From: Tubiluchus corallicola
Lineage: Eukaryota; Animalia; Priapulida
Assembly: GCA_030141605.1 (NCBI GenBank)
Contig: JAQGDQ010000329.1
Coordinates: 186,001-250,000 of the forward strand
Length of the DNA stretch: 64,000 nt
Direction of reading: 5' to 3'
The notes beneath the pieces were generated by a model. The model was not told the origin of the DNA. It worked only from the letters and a program-made list of their open reading frames with translations, and made no database searches. Each line of letters begins with the position of its first letter. The first letter of the stretch is position 1. Below, piece after piece: positions 36,605 through 50,437 of this stretch. The position numbers were made by a program, and so were the translations under genes.

Positions 36605-37929
36605 CAACAGACATTTCTAAAAGTGCAGTTTATCAAAAGTTTTGGAAGTATCCCCTTCTACATAAGCTTTGCTTAGTCATCAGTCACCTTACTGTATACT
36701 AAAAGTTGTCGATAACCTGTTGTGCAAAGTGCATTAGTGGTGGCACTTATTGATTTTTCGCTAAATTTAGGTATTTTTTTATAACTGAACATTCAGAGTG
36801 ATTTAATTATTGATATTATTGAGAATTTTTAACAGCTGTTATCTACACCAACGGGAATTTAGCGGAAACGTACTGTCTTGTGAAACTGGAGATCCACTTA
36901 CTATTTCCATAAGACACGCTGAGATATGTAAATTAGGTTTTAAAAATGTTGATTATGACTTAATGTGAATAAAGCAAGTGTGTAGTGATATTCAGAGAGA
37001 GCCTGCTGCTGGTTATTAAATACGCCGTAAGCACATTAAAATGTATGACAATGAAATATGTACTTTCATGGTATTTTTGACCTAAAGTCATTTTCCATGG
37101 ATTAATCATGACTGTTAGTAGATATTATAATATCAGTAACATGTAGAGCAGAATAGAATAAATTTATTATGCAATAATGAATACAATCAATACGATAATA
37201 ATAATAATGATTGAAATGTTATTGTAAGGAGGAAGTACTTTTTATCCTTCCTCCTACAGGTGATTACAATAACTGACAATATTAATTTATAACTACTTAA
37301 ATTCATTTTAAAAGCAAACTGTAAATTTCAGGAAACCGGTGAAAATTTAGGGAACAGCTTTTACCTCACTGTGTCTTAACAACAGATAAACACTTAAACA
37401 ACTGAAAAGCTCTGAAAAAACTATTCTCAGTCACCAACAATAACTCTTAAAGCAGATACATCTAGAACACACTTATTGGATATATTATGAATAATGATGA
37501 AATGGAATTTATTTAATTGATTATTTTAAACTTAAACATTTTAAATTCAATTAATGTAGAATTAAATTTAATTCAATTGTGTAGAATATCTAATTAATAT
37601 AGTACAACAGATTTTTGTTTAATAATCAGCATTTTATTGGTTTTGTTGTTGTTGTATCGGATATCATCTTTGGAAGAATGCTCCATTCTCAGTACCAAAC
37701 ATTTAGCTATTTTACAAATACTAACTAAACACTCGTTGATTAACATTTGAAAAACAATGGAATTCAAAGAATTTAGCAATGCATTGTCAGATGTCAGAAG
37801 CAACTGGCACTGATTCCTAAAACTCACAGAAATATAATGCTTACTGTAGTATAATTAATTTTTGTGGTCTGATACAGGTACATGTAATTGCCCAAAGTTT
37901 TATGATTCACGTTTGTAAATTGCTCGAAT

Positions 37930-38520
37930 CCACAATTGTCGATAGAAGATGGCGACACGATCCCAAAACAAAATCACAGTGGCGCGACTGCGTGGTGGTC
38001 GGGGGGAAGATTCTGCCGCCCGTAGATGTACAATTTCTGTTGATGACAGTTATTTTATCGTTTTTGTGAAATTCAGAAAATGAGTTAAAAGTTTGATATG
38101 AACTAACGCAGCTATTGATAAGAGCATATTCAGTTTATTAATAGGCGATGCTACCGTTAGCATTTTGGAATCAAAATAGGAAACTTGAGCAGACGAAATC
38201 AGAAAGCGATGCGATGAAAGGTGGGTAGGAAACAGGGTTTTGACGTTGAGACTGCTTTTGGCCTGTTTTCGTATTGTTTTCGATTTTTACTCTTGTTTTG
38301 TTCGAACTGATACGACCACAGATTATCCGTTGTGCGCGTACTGCTCGCTGGCGCTTGCAGGCTGCATTTTGGCCGGGCACTAATTTTTAGCTTTTTCTAG
38401 TACTACTACTACTGAGTACTAGTGTGTGTTTTCACCGGTGTTAAAAAAAATAGACATTTCTATCTCTTAAAGAGAGACTAAAAAGAAGGAATTAAGAATT
38501 TTAGTGCTTACAGGTAGTGC
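37930..38520 (+). promoter_or_regulatory. CpG-enriched region, probable LANCL3 promoter and non-coding first exon
   Basis: Local rise in GC and CpG, and a YY1-like AAGATGGCG at 37946-37954. The LANCL3 ATG at 42480 sits 2 nt after an acceptor (gtttcag|ctATG), which implies an upstream UTR exon. A candidate donor CAG|GTAGTG lies at about 38513. Confidence 0.45.
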
Positions 38521-38703
38521 TGGGAATTAATTTCAGTTTTATGATTATTTGTCAACCTTCAGAAACGATTGATGACAGACTAATAATCGATCGTGATATT
38601 TAGTAATGCTGCTTCAAGATGAAATTACAACTGACACTGTATGCGTTGTTTGTCCTACAGTAATTAAATTTCAGAAATGAGTGGTGAAGTGTGCAAAATC
38701 TTA

Positions 38704-38830
38704 TGTTGCATTCAGGCATAATGACTTTTCTCACAACTTGCTGCACAACTTCTCTCTGAGAGTAAAGTCACACTTGTGAACGGGTTGACAACCTAAGTTG
38801 CGAGAGAAGTGTCTATGCCTGAGTGCGCCA
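38704..38830. mobile_element. PIF/Harbinger-like MITE (127 bp)
   Basis: Imperfect TIRs TGTTGCATTCAGGCATA / TATGCCTGAGTGCGCCA, an extended palindromic body, and TTA on both sides. Confidence 0.6.
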
Positions 38831-39354
38831 TTATTCTCCTTAAACGATCGTCGATCATGTTATGTTATAAGCATCACGGTTGACAGCCTTTCCATAAAAT
38901 CGATTAATCTGAGCAACACTACTTACAACACACCATCAGTGAGTGTTGCCTGACCCTTAACCCTGACAATTTTTGTAACCTATCCTTTCAAAATCATACT
39001 CGATTACACAATATGAATTAGTTAAAGGTGTGAAGTTTCTTCTGTTGGTCTGCAAACTTATAATTTGAACTTCAAAACCAATCGTGCATTTGGACTTACA
39101 ACGTTTTTAAATATTATGATATATTTTTGCAAGAATGGACACATATATACTTCCTAAAAGTATGTTTGTCGCGTATGAAATTTAGCAATTAACTTGTTGA
39201 CACATTACTGGCAACACAGCTACCTTAAGTCTACCAAGCTTGTTGGTTTAGTGGTTTATTTTTGAATGAGTAATTATTGATAAAAACTGAACAATTTAAA
39301 ATTAATTTTTGGTAGTAACAACTTAGAAAAGATTTCACTCATGAATTCGAATTA

Positions 39355-40625
39355 CAGTCAAACCTCGTTATATCGCCGACTGTTATACTGCCAAACTTGT
39401 TTAGCGCCTGCAAAATGTCATGGAATGCAAAATGCTAACAAAACGGCTGCATTCAAATGTATATAAAAATAACCCATTATACTATCTCCTGTTACCTGAC
39501 ATCCGACTGGCAAACTACACTCATATCTCGGTTTGCCGGACCTCGCTTTTACGGATATCAGCAAAGTCAGACAATATCTGGACCTTTAAAAGTTCTGCAT
39601 TCAACGGATACAGTCCGTTGTTTCGCGAACTGACCGCTAATTGGTGGGCCGTGATTTCGTTTTCATTGTTACACCAGTGCAGCCAATTAGCGTGTAACGA
39701 CACGTGTAGCTTGTATGTCAAATATTTTTGAGACAATTAGGCGATTGATTCTATATTATTGTGAGTCTAATACATGGCTGTATTACCTGAGTATCAGTAA
39801 ATGCGGACGATCAGCAAATTCGGAACGACATCCACCCGCTTTTGTCTGGCAAACCGAAGACGTGATATATGTTCAATGGGAAAATTCCACCAATGTCTCA
39901 ACAAAGCTTATGAATGACTACCACTATGAGCTGGTCTCTACTAGTGCCAGGGGCTTCTCTTTACAGCACCAACTGTTTGGCACTGCTATATACTCCGCTG
40001 AGTCGCTGTCACGCACTGGTCAGATGTCGCTTGTTATACTCTGCTGAGTCGCTGTCACACACTGGTCAGATGTCGCTTGTTTAAAATAATGCATGTTATA
40101 ATGTTTTGATTGTCTACAAGTTGTACTATACATCGTACAACACAATAACAATATTCTGACTATTGTCAATGCCAAGCAGTCATAATGGCAACTGACAAAA
40201 AAAAACATTACTCTTCTTTCATGAGTGAAAAGCGTGAAATTTTGCTTGTTTTCTAAGAATCTTCTAAGCAAATCACAACAAGAAAGTTGTAGTTATAACT
40301 CAAAGCTTTTTTTACATGTATCTTAGTGGAGACAACAGTTTATTGCATTTAAGACTGAGTACACGGCACGTTTATTATGTAAACAAAAAGTATTTAATAA
40401 AACTTGATTGATTTTGAGTGAATCATTAATTCACAGATAATAATTTAATAATTTTCTTTTAATTCATTCTCCTTTAGAGTGAAAATTGAGAACTCTAACC
40501 AGCATCTACTTGTTCTGACTGCTTCAAAATTTTACTATGGCAAAATTTAACACAACTCGTTATAATGCCAAACTCGCTATAAGGTCAACTTTTTTCCAGT
40601 CCCAAAATGGACGGAAGTTTGACCG
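39355..40625. mobile_element. Degenerate pogo/Tigger-type non-autonomous element
   Basis: Termini TA-CAGTCAAACCTCGTTATATCGCC...GGAAGTTTGACCG-TA with subterminal CTCGTTATAATGCCAAACTCG repeats like those of the 31939 element. It contains an internal ~46-bp tandem duplication at about 39989-40080. Confidence 0.65.
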
Positions 40626-41539
40626 TAGTACATTGAGTACAGTCATAAATGTGTCAAGCACTTTTTCCTGTTACGGTTTTGTTTACACACAGATGATTTA
40701 GATCTTAGAAAACCACTTCCCAGAACAAAATTGCCGGAATTTTTTCCCAGAGAAACTATTTCCTAGAAAACTCATTTCGCAGAAAAAATGTTTCCCAGAA
40801 AGATTTTTTGATAAAAAACCACAGCTATGTTTTCAAGTTCTAAATCTGCTATTTTAATAGAATAACACCTTGGACTTCTCTCTCTGTTTCCTTCTCCTCC
40901 TTTACCATCCTACACCCTCGCATCTTCTCCCTCTTTCCTTTCCTGCTTGTCTCTCTCTCCCTCTTTAAATAAGGGATCAACCTTGTTTTTTTATTTTATT
41001 TTGGAAAAATATTTTGTTTTGAAACTTCATTGCTGCAATTTCAAGTTTTTAGGATGAAATTGTTTTCTGGGCAAAGTAATTTGCAATGTATCATTTGCTG
41101 CATGTAATCACTGCATATAATAGGATTTGAAAATAAAGTTTAATAAATAATAATTATAAAAACTGAAAACACCAAGACTGCGAACCATACAGATTTGTTA
41201 ATATTTTGAGTCAATTTTTGCTCAAAAATTTATGTTTCTTTGAAATTTTTTTACAGATTCTTTTATGGTAGGGCCAGATCTAGTTCATTATCAAAATAAT
41301 CCTCTGAGATGAAATACTGACTTTATTTTGTAAAATTGGAAGATTTTTGTTATGTTACTTATTACTCTGTTATTAGTGCTCCTAGCAGAGTGCTTTTCTG
41401 AAATGATGTTTTAGTTATATGTTAAATCGCTGGTTGTAAAAGGGCAACTGACAGTTTGAAAATGTTAAGAGTGAGCTAAAAAAACTAACTATTTTATTTT
41501 CATTGTGTTACCGGAACTGGTGATCTCCTATAAGCATTA

Positions 41540-41930
41540 TATGCTTTCACATTGAGTTTTTTAGTGACTTGATTAAAGTCATTTAACACTATAACTTTTT
41601 TAGTAAAACCTAAAGCAAGTCTTGTTTCAGTCGGAGATTTTTTTGCAGTGCTGCCTGTCGTTTATGGGAATGCGCTTTCAGATGAGGTCAAAAACTCCAA
41701 AAATATTGCTATTTTTAAATGCAAAATTAAAACACTTTTATTCTTAGAAACTATTTAACTTTTTGTTATCTTCATCTGTGTCTATGTAATTGTGTTCTTT
41801 AAAATACAGTTCATAGCTTTTTGTGACTTTTAAATGTTTGCATGCCAAAGATCATTTTTATATGGATATTAGTAATAAAATGATGATGATGATTATTACT
41901 GTTATTTTTATTATTACTATTATTATTGCT
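41540..41930 (+). mobile_element. 3' end fragment of a CR1/L2-type LINE
   Basis: Frameshifted remnant reading ...NALSDEVKNSKNIAIFKCKIKTLLF, similar to the L2/CR1 ORF2 C-terminal WNxLP...FKxxLKTxLF motif, followed by AATAAA and a (TGA)n/(TTA)n tail. Confidence 0.55.
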
Positions 41931-42479
41931 GTTGTTACTTTGTCTCTTTGGGTTAAATTGCCTATACAAAAAATTGGTTAAAACGATGGTAATTATTTGT
42001 TTGTTAATGTAAGTAACCTTAGATTATTTTTACTTCAGTTATAAGATGTGCGAAACGAAACAAAGGTTTTGTATATTAGGCACTGAGTATAACCCCGAGA
42101 GACAAACTAACGACAATTCTGTCAATTCATGATACGCTTATTGTGACAAAACTGCATCTTAAAATTTCATTTATATTTAAACTTCTTATGTTTGGTGATC
42201 TTTCCTGAAATGAATAAACAAAATGTCTAGTCTTTAGTCAGCTGATAGTTGATACTGAAATTGCTGTTTCTGATTCTGATAAAGCAAGTAATATTGCCAA
42301 TTCTCTCAATTTACCAAGGCTCTCAATCTTCACTGTAGCTTAATGTTACAGCAATGCTGCAATAGTAAGTAACAGTCATGCATGATAAATCAATATGTCT
42401 GTCATAATATCCACAGAGCCCTTCAAGTTTCTAAAGCTTCTCGTGTTTATACACTGTACCTTTTCAATGTGTTTCAGCT

Positions 42480-45400
42480 ATGACAGATATCAGGAGGAGG
42501 TACTTTGTCAACAAGCTCGCTGACTACAAGGAAGGACACATTGTCGTCGATAAAGAAAAATGGACGGAACGAATCATTTACTTGGTCAATAATATTACAA
42601 AGGATCAACCGGCTAAACTAGACCACTGTGATGGGGGTCTGTATGTGGGTTGTGCAGGTATTTCCTACACACTTTTTAGTCTGGCAAGATATGGTGCATT
42701 TAAAGACAATGAGACCATGCTGCTGAAAGCTGCTGAGAGTTATGCCACCACGGCGTTTCAGTTTGCGCAACTTCCAGAAAATAAGAATGACCAGCAGATG
42801 AGGTCTTCATTTTTGCTGGGCAACCTGGGTGCCTATGCTGTCGCTGCCGTTGTGTATAATGCTATTGGTCGTGATGATTTGACAGCAACGTGTTTAACTG
42901 AGTATGCACTGGCTGCGAATCTTGTAACACCAACACATTTCTTACGTTGCGGATCTGATGAACTGTTTGTTGGCAGAGCTGGCTACCTGTGTGGTCTACT
43001 AATGTTGCATAAATTCACTGGACAACAGGTAAAGCTTTTAAAACCCTGCATGGCATTGCCAAAAACACTACTTGTTTTAAATTACCAAATAGAATTTGAT
43101 TGTTAATGCACTGTAGGAACTTACACTCATTTTCTCATTCATTATTACTATTTTCTTTAGACATTTTTTATCTTCACACAAAGCAGTCTATAAAATATTG
43201 ATATAATAAATGGCAATTTTTTCAACATTACATTTATCTCAGAAGTTCTATACAACATACAAAATTAATATGTTTATAATATGCATATAAAGTCACACTC
43301 ACACACACGCATGCATGCACGCACACACGCGCGCACACACATGTCAACAGAAAAACCTTATTGTGTAAGGTTATGCTAGGACTAGTACCTTGCTCGTGAA
43401 GTTTAGTCCGCTAAGATTGCCACGTTCAGATTACCAGAATCAGTATGGAGAATGGAATCTTTAGCCTGACTCAACCATCTATTTACAGACTAGAGACTCC
43501 GTGTTGCTTAACTTGTGGTGCTCAGCAAAAATCGTGATCGCTCATCTATTCTCCTTGCCCTCATGCTTTTAAAACTAGACTAAAAATTCAAGCTGTCGAT
43601 CACGTGCATTGTCTTCAACATGCACATGATGACTCACACCTTCCTAGGCTCCTAGCTGACATAAGGAATCTGGTCTACCAGACGTTTGCTTCTGTGTGAA
43701 CAATATTGTCAACTAGAAGGATCTCACTCTGTGGTAAGCTTTGAAAACAACCCCTTTGGCATTTGATTTGTTCTGATACGCTTTCGGCAAAACCAAGTTG
43801 AACGTTTGTGTTTCATGTTTAGGCCTTTATGGTTTACATACGTTTAATATTAATTGCTACACATACATGTATGCTATGCATCTGGTAAAACTTTGCCTCT
43901 TGAATACAGGTGGTAAGCCAAGAACTGGTTGATGAAATTTGCTCTGCAATAATCAAGTCTGGTAAGGAATACTCAAAGCGTCATCGATCACCATCGCCTC
44001 TTATGTATGCTTACTATGACACAGAGTATATAGGTAAATTCCTAAGTTAAGGTACTTTAAATTTAGTTTGTGAGATATGAGAACCGTTGTTATTAACTTT
44101 TTATTTTGTCAAATGAATTTCTTATAAAATTCTGTTTGTTCAAAATTTTTGGGGCATATTTGGTTTACAAAATGTTTAACTCGAAGTTATATGCAAATTT
44201 TTGATGCTGATTTATCTTATAAAACACGAAAAAAGAGAGCTTATTTTTTAAAATCCGAGTTTATAGTGACAGTAAAATGTTAAACAGATACCACAGTGTA
44301 CACGTTTAATTTTAAAGTCTTGTTTCCTTGTTTATGTTATCTTTGTTAACAGGACCTGCGCATGGCATAGCTGGTATTCTGCAGATGTTGCTGTGTTTTC
44401 CCGAATTTGTTAAAAAGGATCCGACTGTGGAGAAACTAGTCAGAGAATCAGTTGAATTTATATTGTCTTTAGAGCAATCGAATCACAATTATCCAGCAGG
44501 CATGGATGAAGTGAGTTTCTCATTTATTTTAGTCTTAATTCTTAATCACATTCTTACCTATTAACAGCTAACATTTAAAGAAGAAGAAAATGAAATTTTG
44601 AAGTATATCTAAAGAACTTTCCAAACAAAGTTATATTACTTATTATTTCGCTTAAACTTTTGAAAGATTTATGTAACTGGAAAAGAAAATTCTGAATGAC
44701 TTACTATATTCACTTCACCTGGTGAAATGGCACTACATTCCAATGCGCACCACAGATTCATCAAAAAACACATTAATTTTATTGACAATATAAAGTAATT
44801 TAAACCTTTGCTTAGCAAAGATTGTGCTACGAATGTTCTGATTATTTTTTCAAACTTACTGCAATGTTAAGTATACTTGTTTCAAACGACTTATTGTTAA
44901 AATGGCTGCACCTAAAGGTCATCACGGGAATTTAAGTTTAATAAGCTTTATACAACGTTACTCGTTAACGTTACAATGTTAACGAAGCTCGTTGTCCTAT
45001 AAGAGGGCATGTAACTGATGTAGCAGTAAAATTTCAAGGCAAATTTCTTAAGCTTGATTTATGAAGAGTGTTTTCTTGTACTTTAACTGTCTTTGGCATT
45101 ATCCAGGATGCTTACAATATCCTGATATTGTTCTACAAAATTTTGAATTTTTTAGAGTGCAATATCAATTTTCACCACAGCAAGTAGTATTTGCCTACTG
45201 CTGCTGCTGCAGCTGTCAAGATACAAAAGTTCAAACACGATAATCCATTGATCTGACACTGATATGCTTGCTTGTGTCAGCTTTACATTTTGGGCGTGAA
45301 GTTCTTGCTGCTTCTTAACACTGCTGGCTAGGCTTTGTTTGTTCTTGTTCAACTGAATCAATACTGTGAGCTGGATAAATTGCTTTTTAACCAAAAGTCT

Positions 45401-48400
45401 GAAACTGCAGCAGCTAATTCGGGGCAATTGCCTCAGAAACCACTGTCATTAATTAAACTGTTGATGTGGTGCCTTGGTTTTAAAGGCCAAATACAGCATA
45501 TTTTATGAAGTTTCAGTTTTGCACAAAAGCAGAAAGAAAATGCGATTTTCTGATACTTTTAACTTCTTCTTGGATAATTTATATAAGAGGGAAGTTGAAA
45601 GAAAAGTGTCATTTGCAAAGAAAGTGTGGAATTTTATCTCGCACATTTTGCTCGTTGGATGGCACCAGCAAAATATTCCCTTAGGTTACGGTGGCATTTT
45701 TGTTTGGTTATCTCTGTGTAGCATTGTTTACAAATTCAGAATCACAGAATCGATGCGTTATCCAAGGAAGCCGTTTCTAGCACTTGTTTTTAGCCTGCGA
45801 TTTTCCGAAGTTTCACAAGCAAAACCGAACAAAATGTTTTGGAGAAAATGCAACTTCGAGACCAGATTTCATTAGGAAGGAAGCCTAGAAATTTAATAAA
45901 ATCTGTATCAAATTTTAAGTTACACTTAGCTCTTTTTATTAAAGAAAACTTGTGTTTACGTTAAATTTGTGTTTATGTTACCTTTAAAAACATAATCTGT
46001 GATAAGCCTGACATAACTTTCCTGGGCATGCGGTTTACTGTAGTTGTGCAAAAATCCATTGGGACATTATAATAGCTTGTTTTCTGAAACTCAGAAAGAT
46101 CACTTTCAGGTAATGAACTCGTATCAAAAATTTTCTGATCCTGAATTCACAACTTTACAGTTACCTAGCTCTGATTGCCCATGCTGCTAGAGTACCACTT
46201 TGGTAGCTACATAATAATTAGATTTATACAAAGTGCATGCTTAATGCACAAAGACTAGTGTAATGCATTAATGAGTTGCCATTGTTATATTAAAATTCTA
46301 TTCAAAACTTTTTTGGATAAAGAAAAATCAGTGGTGTAATGAAGTATGTCATTAATTTCTTTTCCTCCAAAGAACCATTCTGCATGAGTAATGAATTGTT
46401 TTCTGAATTTCTTGCTCTCATGGCGTTTTTTATGCAAAAAAAATCATTTTAGATTGCTAAATGGTCTTTTTGTTTTGTCATATATTAATAAGTAAGTAAG
46501 ATCTCAATTTAAACTTTATTTCAACAATGAGCAAAACTGCTTTACATGTCTCTTGAGTGTAAAATAGATCTCAATTTAAACTTTATTTCAACAATGAGCA
46601 AAACTGCTTTACATGACTGTTGAGTGTAAAATACACTAACTGCACAATATATACACAGTAAATTATAAAACAGTCTATTTTAACCATATAACATATGACC
46701 CATCTGAGTTATTCATGAAGAATACATCTCACTGTAGGTTTTTGAGCACTTCTTGTTAATATCATAGTTTTCAACGTTTTCAATTAGAATGTAAGCCAGT
46801 TGATGTTACAGGTTACTTCTAGAAGACCCGAAGAAGAAGAATTGGTTCACTGGTGTCATGGTGCTCCTGGTAAATAACTTACTAGACTAGTTTTTTTTTT
46901 TTTTTATTTAACATAGACCTGTAACTAAGATTTTATTTGATATGCACTGGTACATTATAAATTTGGTTACTTATAAGTAATGATTTAATATAGTCTAGAA
47001 GCTATTTGAATAAATTTAATGTGATTTAATTTGGTTCAATGCAACATGTGCAAAGTGTAAAATTATCCATGTGACTTGGATTAAGCGATCACAATTATGT
47101 CATTTGAATTTTGTAATTGATATATGGTATAAAATAACTTAGTATGTTAGGAATCTTACGGTCCAAGCGAACTTTGTTAACGCTGTCTCGCTACATTTTT
47201 TCTGAAAGCCTGAAGTTAAAGCTGAATCAGTGTTTCTGGAAATACAATTTAATGCCTTTACTTGGGGTGAGCATAGTCTACCAGAAAGTGAAATTGAATT
47301 GAATTTGTAGAACTTTGTTAAAATTATGCTGTCTCGTTACATTTTTTCTGAAAGCCTGAAGTTAAAGCTGAATCAGTGTTTCTGGAAATACAATTTAATG
47401 CCTTTACTTGGGGTGAGCATAGTCTACCAGAAAGCGAAATTGAATTGAATCTGTAACTTTCAGGCTTGAATTAAGCTGTATTTCAGCATATTCGAATCCA
47501 AATCGAATTTGAATACAGTTATGAAGATTTTTGAATGACTAATAAAAAGCGGTCTCACAAAGATCATGCATACTACTTGATTTCATTCAGAAGTACAAAC
47601 ACTAATAATTAGTTGAAAATTGTGCTGATTGTGTGATGTTTCAATGTTTTCATGATAATGAATGTTTGTAGTTGCAGTGCTCGATTGTTTAAATCTATAA
47701 TTTTAGATTTGAATCAAATTAGAACTAAAACAACTCTTTCAAATCAAATTCGAGGGTCGATGCTCACACCTAGTCTTTACGACCATGTGTGAGTAAAAAT
47801 AATTTGTACACAATTTGTTTCGTGCTTAGGGAACGTATCAGCTAAACAGCAAGTACATAGAAGCAAGCATAGTTATGCAAAAGTTTTGCCAAAGTACATA
47901 CTTTTTTTTTATAAAGCCGACTCACAAACCGATAGGAATATGTTACAAATTTTAAAGATATGTAAAGATATTCATTATCCGTCAATTATTTTTGTTTACA
48001 TTTGTCACTTTGAGTGCAGTATGTTTGCATTTCATTATAACAAGTCTCAGAAATGAACACCACCTTTCCACCTTTTTTGGAGTTTATAAAAGAATTAAGG
48101 TAAAGATTTTTCACATTTTGAATGTCTGTGGCAACATCGTTGCGGCATACCATTCAATTTTATGCAGACCAATCAGTAGCTGAAAAACGTTTCGGTAAAC
48201 ACATAATTCAGTGCAAAATCCCAATGATATTATTGATTTTAGTGTTTTTGATTATTAATAAGCAAAATATTAGTATTTTTATTCTGTTTTATTAGTAGTC
48301 TTATAATAGTAAAATAATTCTGAGCACTAATGATGATGTAATGGATGCTGCACAGATTTCCAGGTTTCCACACAAACGCTGAAGTAAATAACTCATTTAT

Positions 48401-50437
48401 GTTGTTGGTCTTTCTCACTGGCTATAAGGATTTTAAATGATACAAATTTGGCGATACAACAACGATACAATACTTTTTTCCAGTGATATCGATAACCTGT
48501 TTTTCAGATGATACGATCAATTATTTCAAATGATAACAACGATACTGAACTGGATACTCACTGTATTGAAACACCACATGTTTGCAGGCTGTCCTCCAGT
48601 TAAAGCATAGATATATGTAACCTATGACAAAGTTCTCTTCTTTATCTAGTCGTAGAATAATATTAATATGTGCGCTACAACAGATAAATATATTACGTAT
48701 AGATTTAATACTACAGTAACTGCCTGAATGTAACTGGAAAAATGCCTCTAAAAATGCCACACTTGACATTCATGTGTCACTAAACCGACTGAAGACAACT
48801 GCTATTGCAAGAAGAAAGTACAAGAAGATTACTGAACAACCTTATTGAATTAACTAAATCTCTTTTAATTTCTGGCATAATTTTGTGTCATAACTGAAAA
48901 AGCAAAGTGAAATGATTTTATGAAGGTGAGCAGTAGCAGGGATGTGCAGCAGATTTGATACCATAACAGTTAAACAAATTTTTTGTATCTATATGACATT
49001 CGATAATTATGGAGTTATTGTTAACATTTCTACTTACTATAACAAGCAATGTGACTTGGCATTGCCAGCTAATGAGTCCATCTTTAAAATAAACTGTAAC
49101 ATAAGTAATAAAGCAATATGCATACAGTCTGCTAAGGTAAACTGGATAGCCAATGGTCACAGCATTTGTATCACAACTGAAATTGAGCAATGTTGAGAGC
49201 TTGAGGCTGGTCATTGAGTGACTCTTGATCACCCGAGTTCAATACTCACTGTCGACGGTTTTATTAGCTGTATTGATTGTGGTATGTTGAGAGAAGATGG
49301 ATACTATTCAAACATAGCTACGACATCTCTGCCGATATGGTGACCAATCATAAAGAGATATCGTTGACAGTGAGCAAGGTTCCAGTTTTGCAATAATGTC
49401 AAAATTAAGTAGGCCCTGCCATTGAGTGCTAGATTCCAGCTTGCAGTGTGGCAAAGTATGTACAAAGATCCTTAGCTAAAAACAGAATGTACATAAAAAG
49501 TCAAACATTATATAAACATCAATAAACTTTTTTTAGCTTGTACTCAATAACTGATTTTTGCTGTTTTTAAACTCGTCTTGAAACCTATCTCATTTCCATA
49601 ACGTTTAGTTAGTGTGCCTGATGAGTTTTTATTGTGTGCTTTATTTTTTATTTTTATTGCACTCATTTTTAATTGTAAGCCTGTATTATGGTGCAATTGA
49701 TGACAATAATTGGTCGATTTCTGTGCTCTACAAATAAAATATCATTATCATTATAAACAATGTAGATAGGTACAAACAACACACAGACAACTACAGCAAC
49801 AATATTATATATATATATATATATAATATAAAAACTTAACACAAATTTAGTTCTTAATGACAAGAATAACAACAAAATAATGATATAGAAAAACCACAAA
49901 ATGTTAGTACTGGCATCATGTGATTTTCTTTTGTCACCTGATGATAAATGCTGCAGCGGTTTGAAACTTTCTTTTCATTGTTGTAAGTGTTTAACTTTTT
50001 AATAGTTGACAAACCTATAATGTACTGCAATTTTTGACTTTATCATAACGTGATTATGTCTTTTTATAGGTGTAGTTTATATGTTTGCAAGAGCCTACCT
50101 GTTCTGGAAAGATAACAAATATCTGGAGGCTTGCAGACGATGTGCGGATTTCACTTGGGAACGGGGTTTACTGTTGAAAGGTCCGGGTATTTGTCATGGG
50201 GTTGCCGGTAGCGGGTATGTCTTTCTGCTTTTATATCGACTCACCGGCGAACAAAAGTACTTACATAGGGCTAATTTATTTGCTGAGTTCATCTTCACCG
50301 ATGCATTTAGGAAGTACACTAGAACACCTGATAGCCCGTACAGCTTGTTTGAGGGTTATGCAGGTACTGTTTTGTTCCTTGCTGATTTGCTGGAACCAGA
50401 CAATGCTTCTTTTCCATTTTTTAATGTCTTCTTGTAA
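42480..50437 (+). CDS. LANCL3: LanC-like protein 3 (LANCL3), 418 aa, 5 coding exons
   Basis: Exons 42480-43028, 43910-44033, 44353-44510, 46812-46869, 50070-50437; 1257 nt in frame. Motifs GGLYVGCAGI, GSDELFVGRAGYL, PLMYAYYDTEYIGPAHG, LVHWCHGAPG, KGPGICHGVAGSGYVFLLLYRLTG and PYSLFEG are present, with the LanC Zn-binding WCHG and CHG motifs intact. Confidence 0.94.
46499..46632. repeat. ~67-bp tandem duplication in LANCL3 intron 3
   Basis: agatctcaatttaaactttatttcaacaatgagcaaaactgctttacatg..ttgagtgtaaaat occurs twice, nearly identical. Confidence 0.85.
47170..47456. repeat. ~141-bp tandem duplication in LANCL3 intron 4
   Basis: aactttgttaa..gctgtctcg.tacattttttctgaaagcctgaag...gaaattgaattgaat occurs twice with few differences. 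Confidence 0.85.

Noticed and set aside
39989-40080. Short direct repeats as a CRISPR-like array
   Set aside because: Two adjacent units with no spacers, inside a transposon remnant in eukaryotic DNA.
45474-45875. 133-aa intronic ORF in LANCL3
   Set aside because: Non-ATG start, composition typical of AT-rich non-coding DNA, no domain similarity, and no compatible splice sites noticed.
49190-49460. Possible tRNA-derived SINE (B-box-like GAGTTCAATACT)
   Set aside because: I could not find a convincing A box, cloverleaf, tail or TSD.
42480-50437. LanC cyclase as a sign of a lanthipeptide cluster or horizontal transfer
   Set aside because: This is an ordinary spliced animal LANCL3 with no dehydratase or precursor genes nearby.
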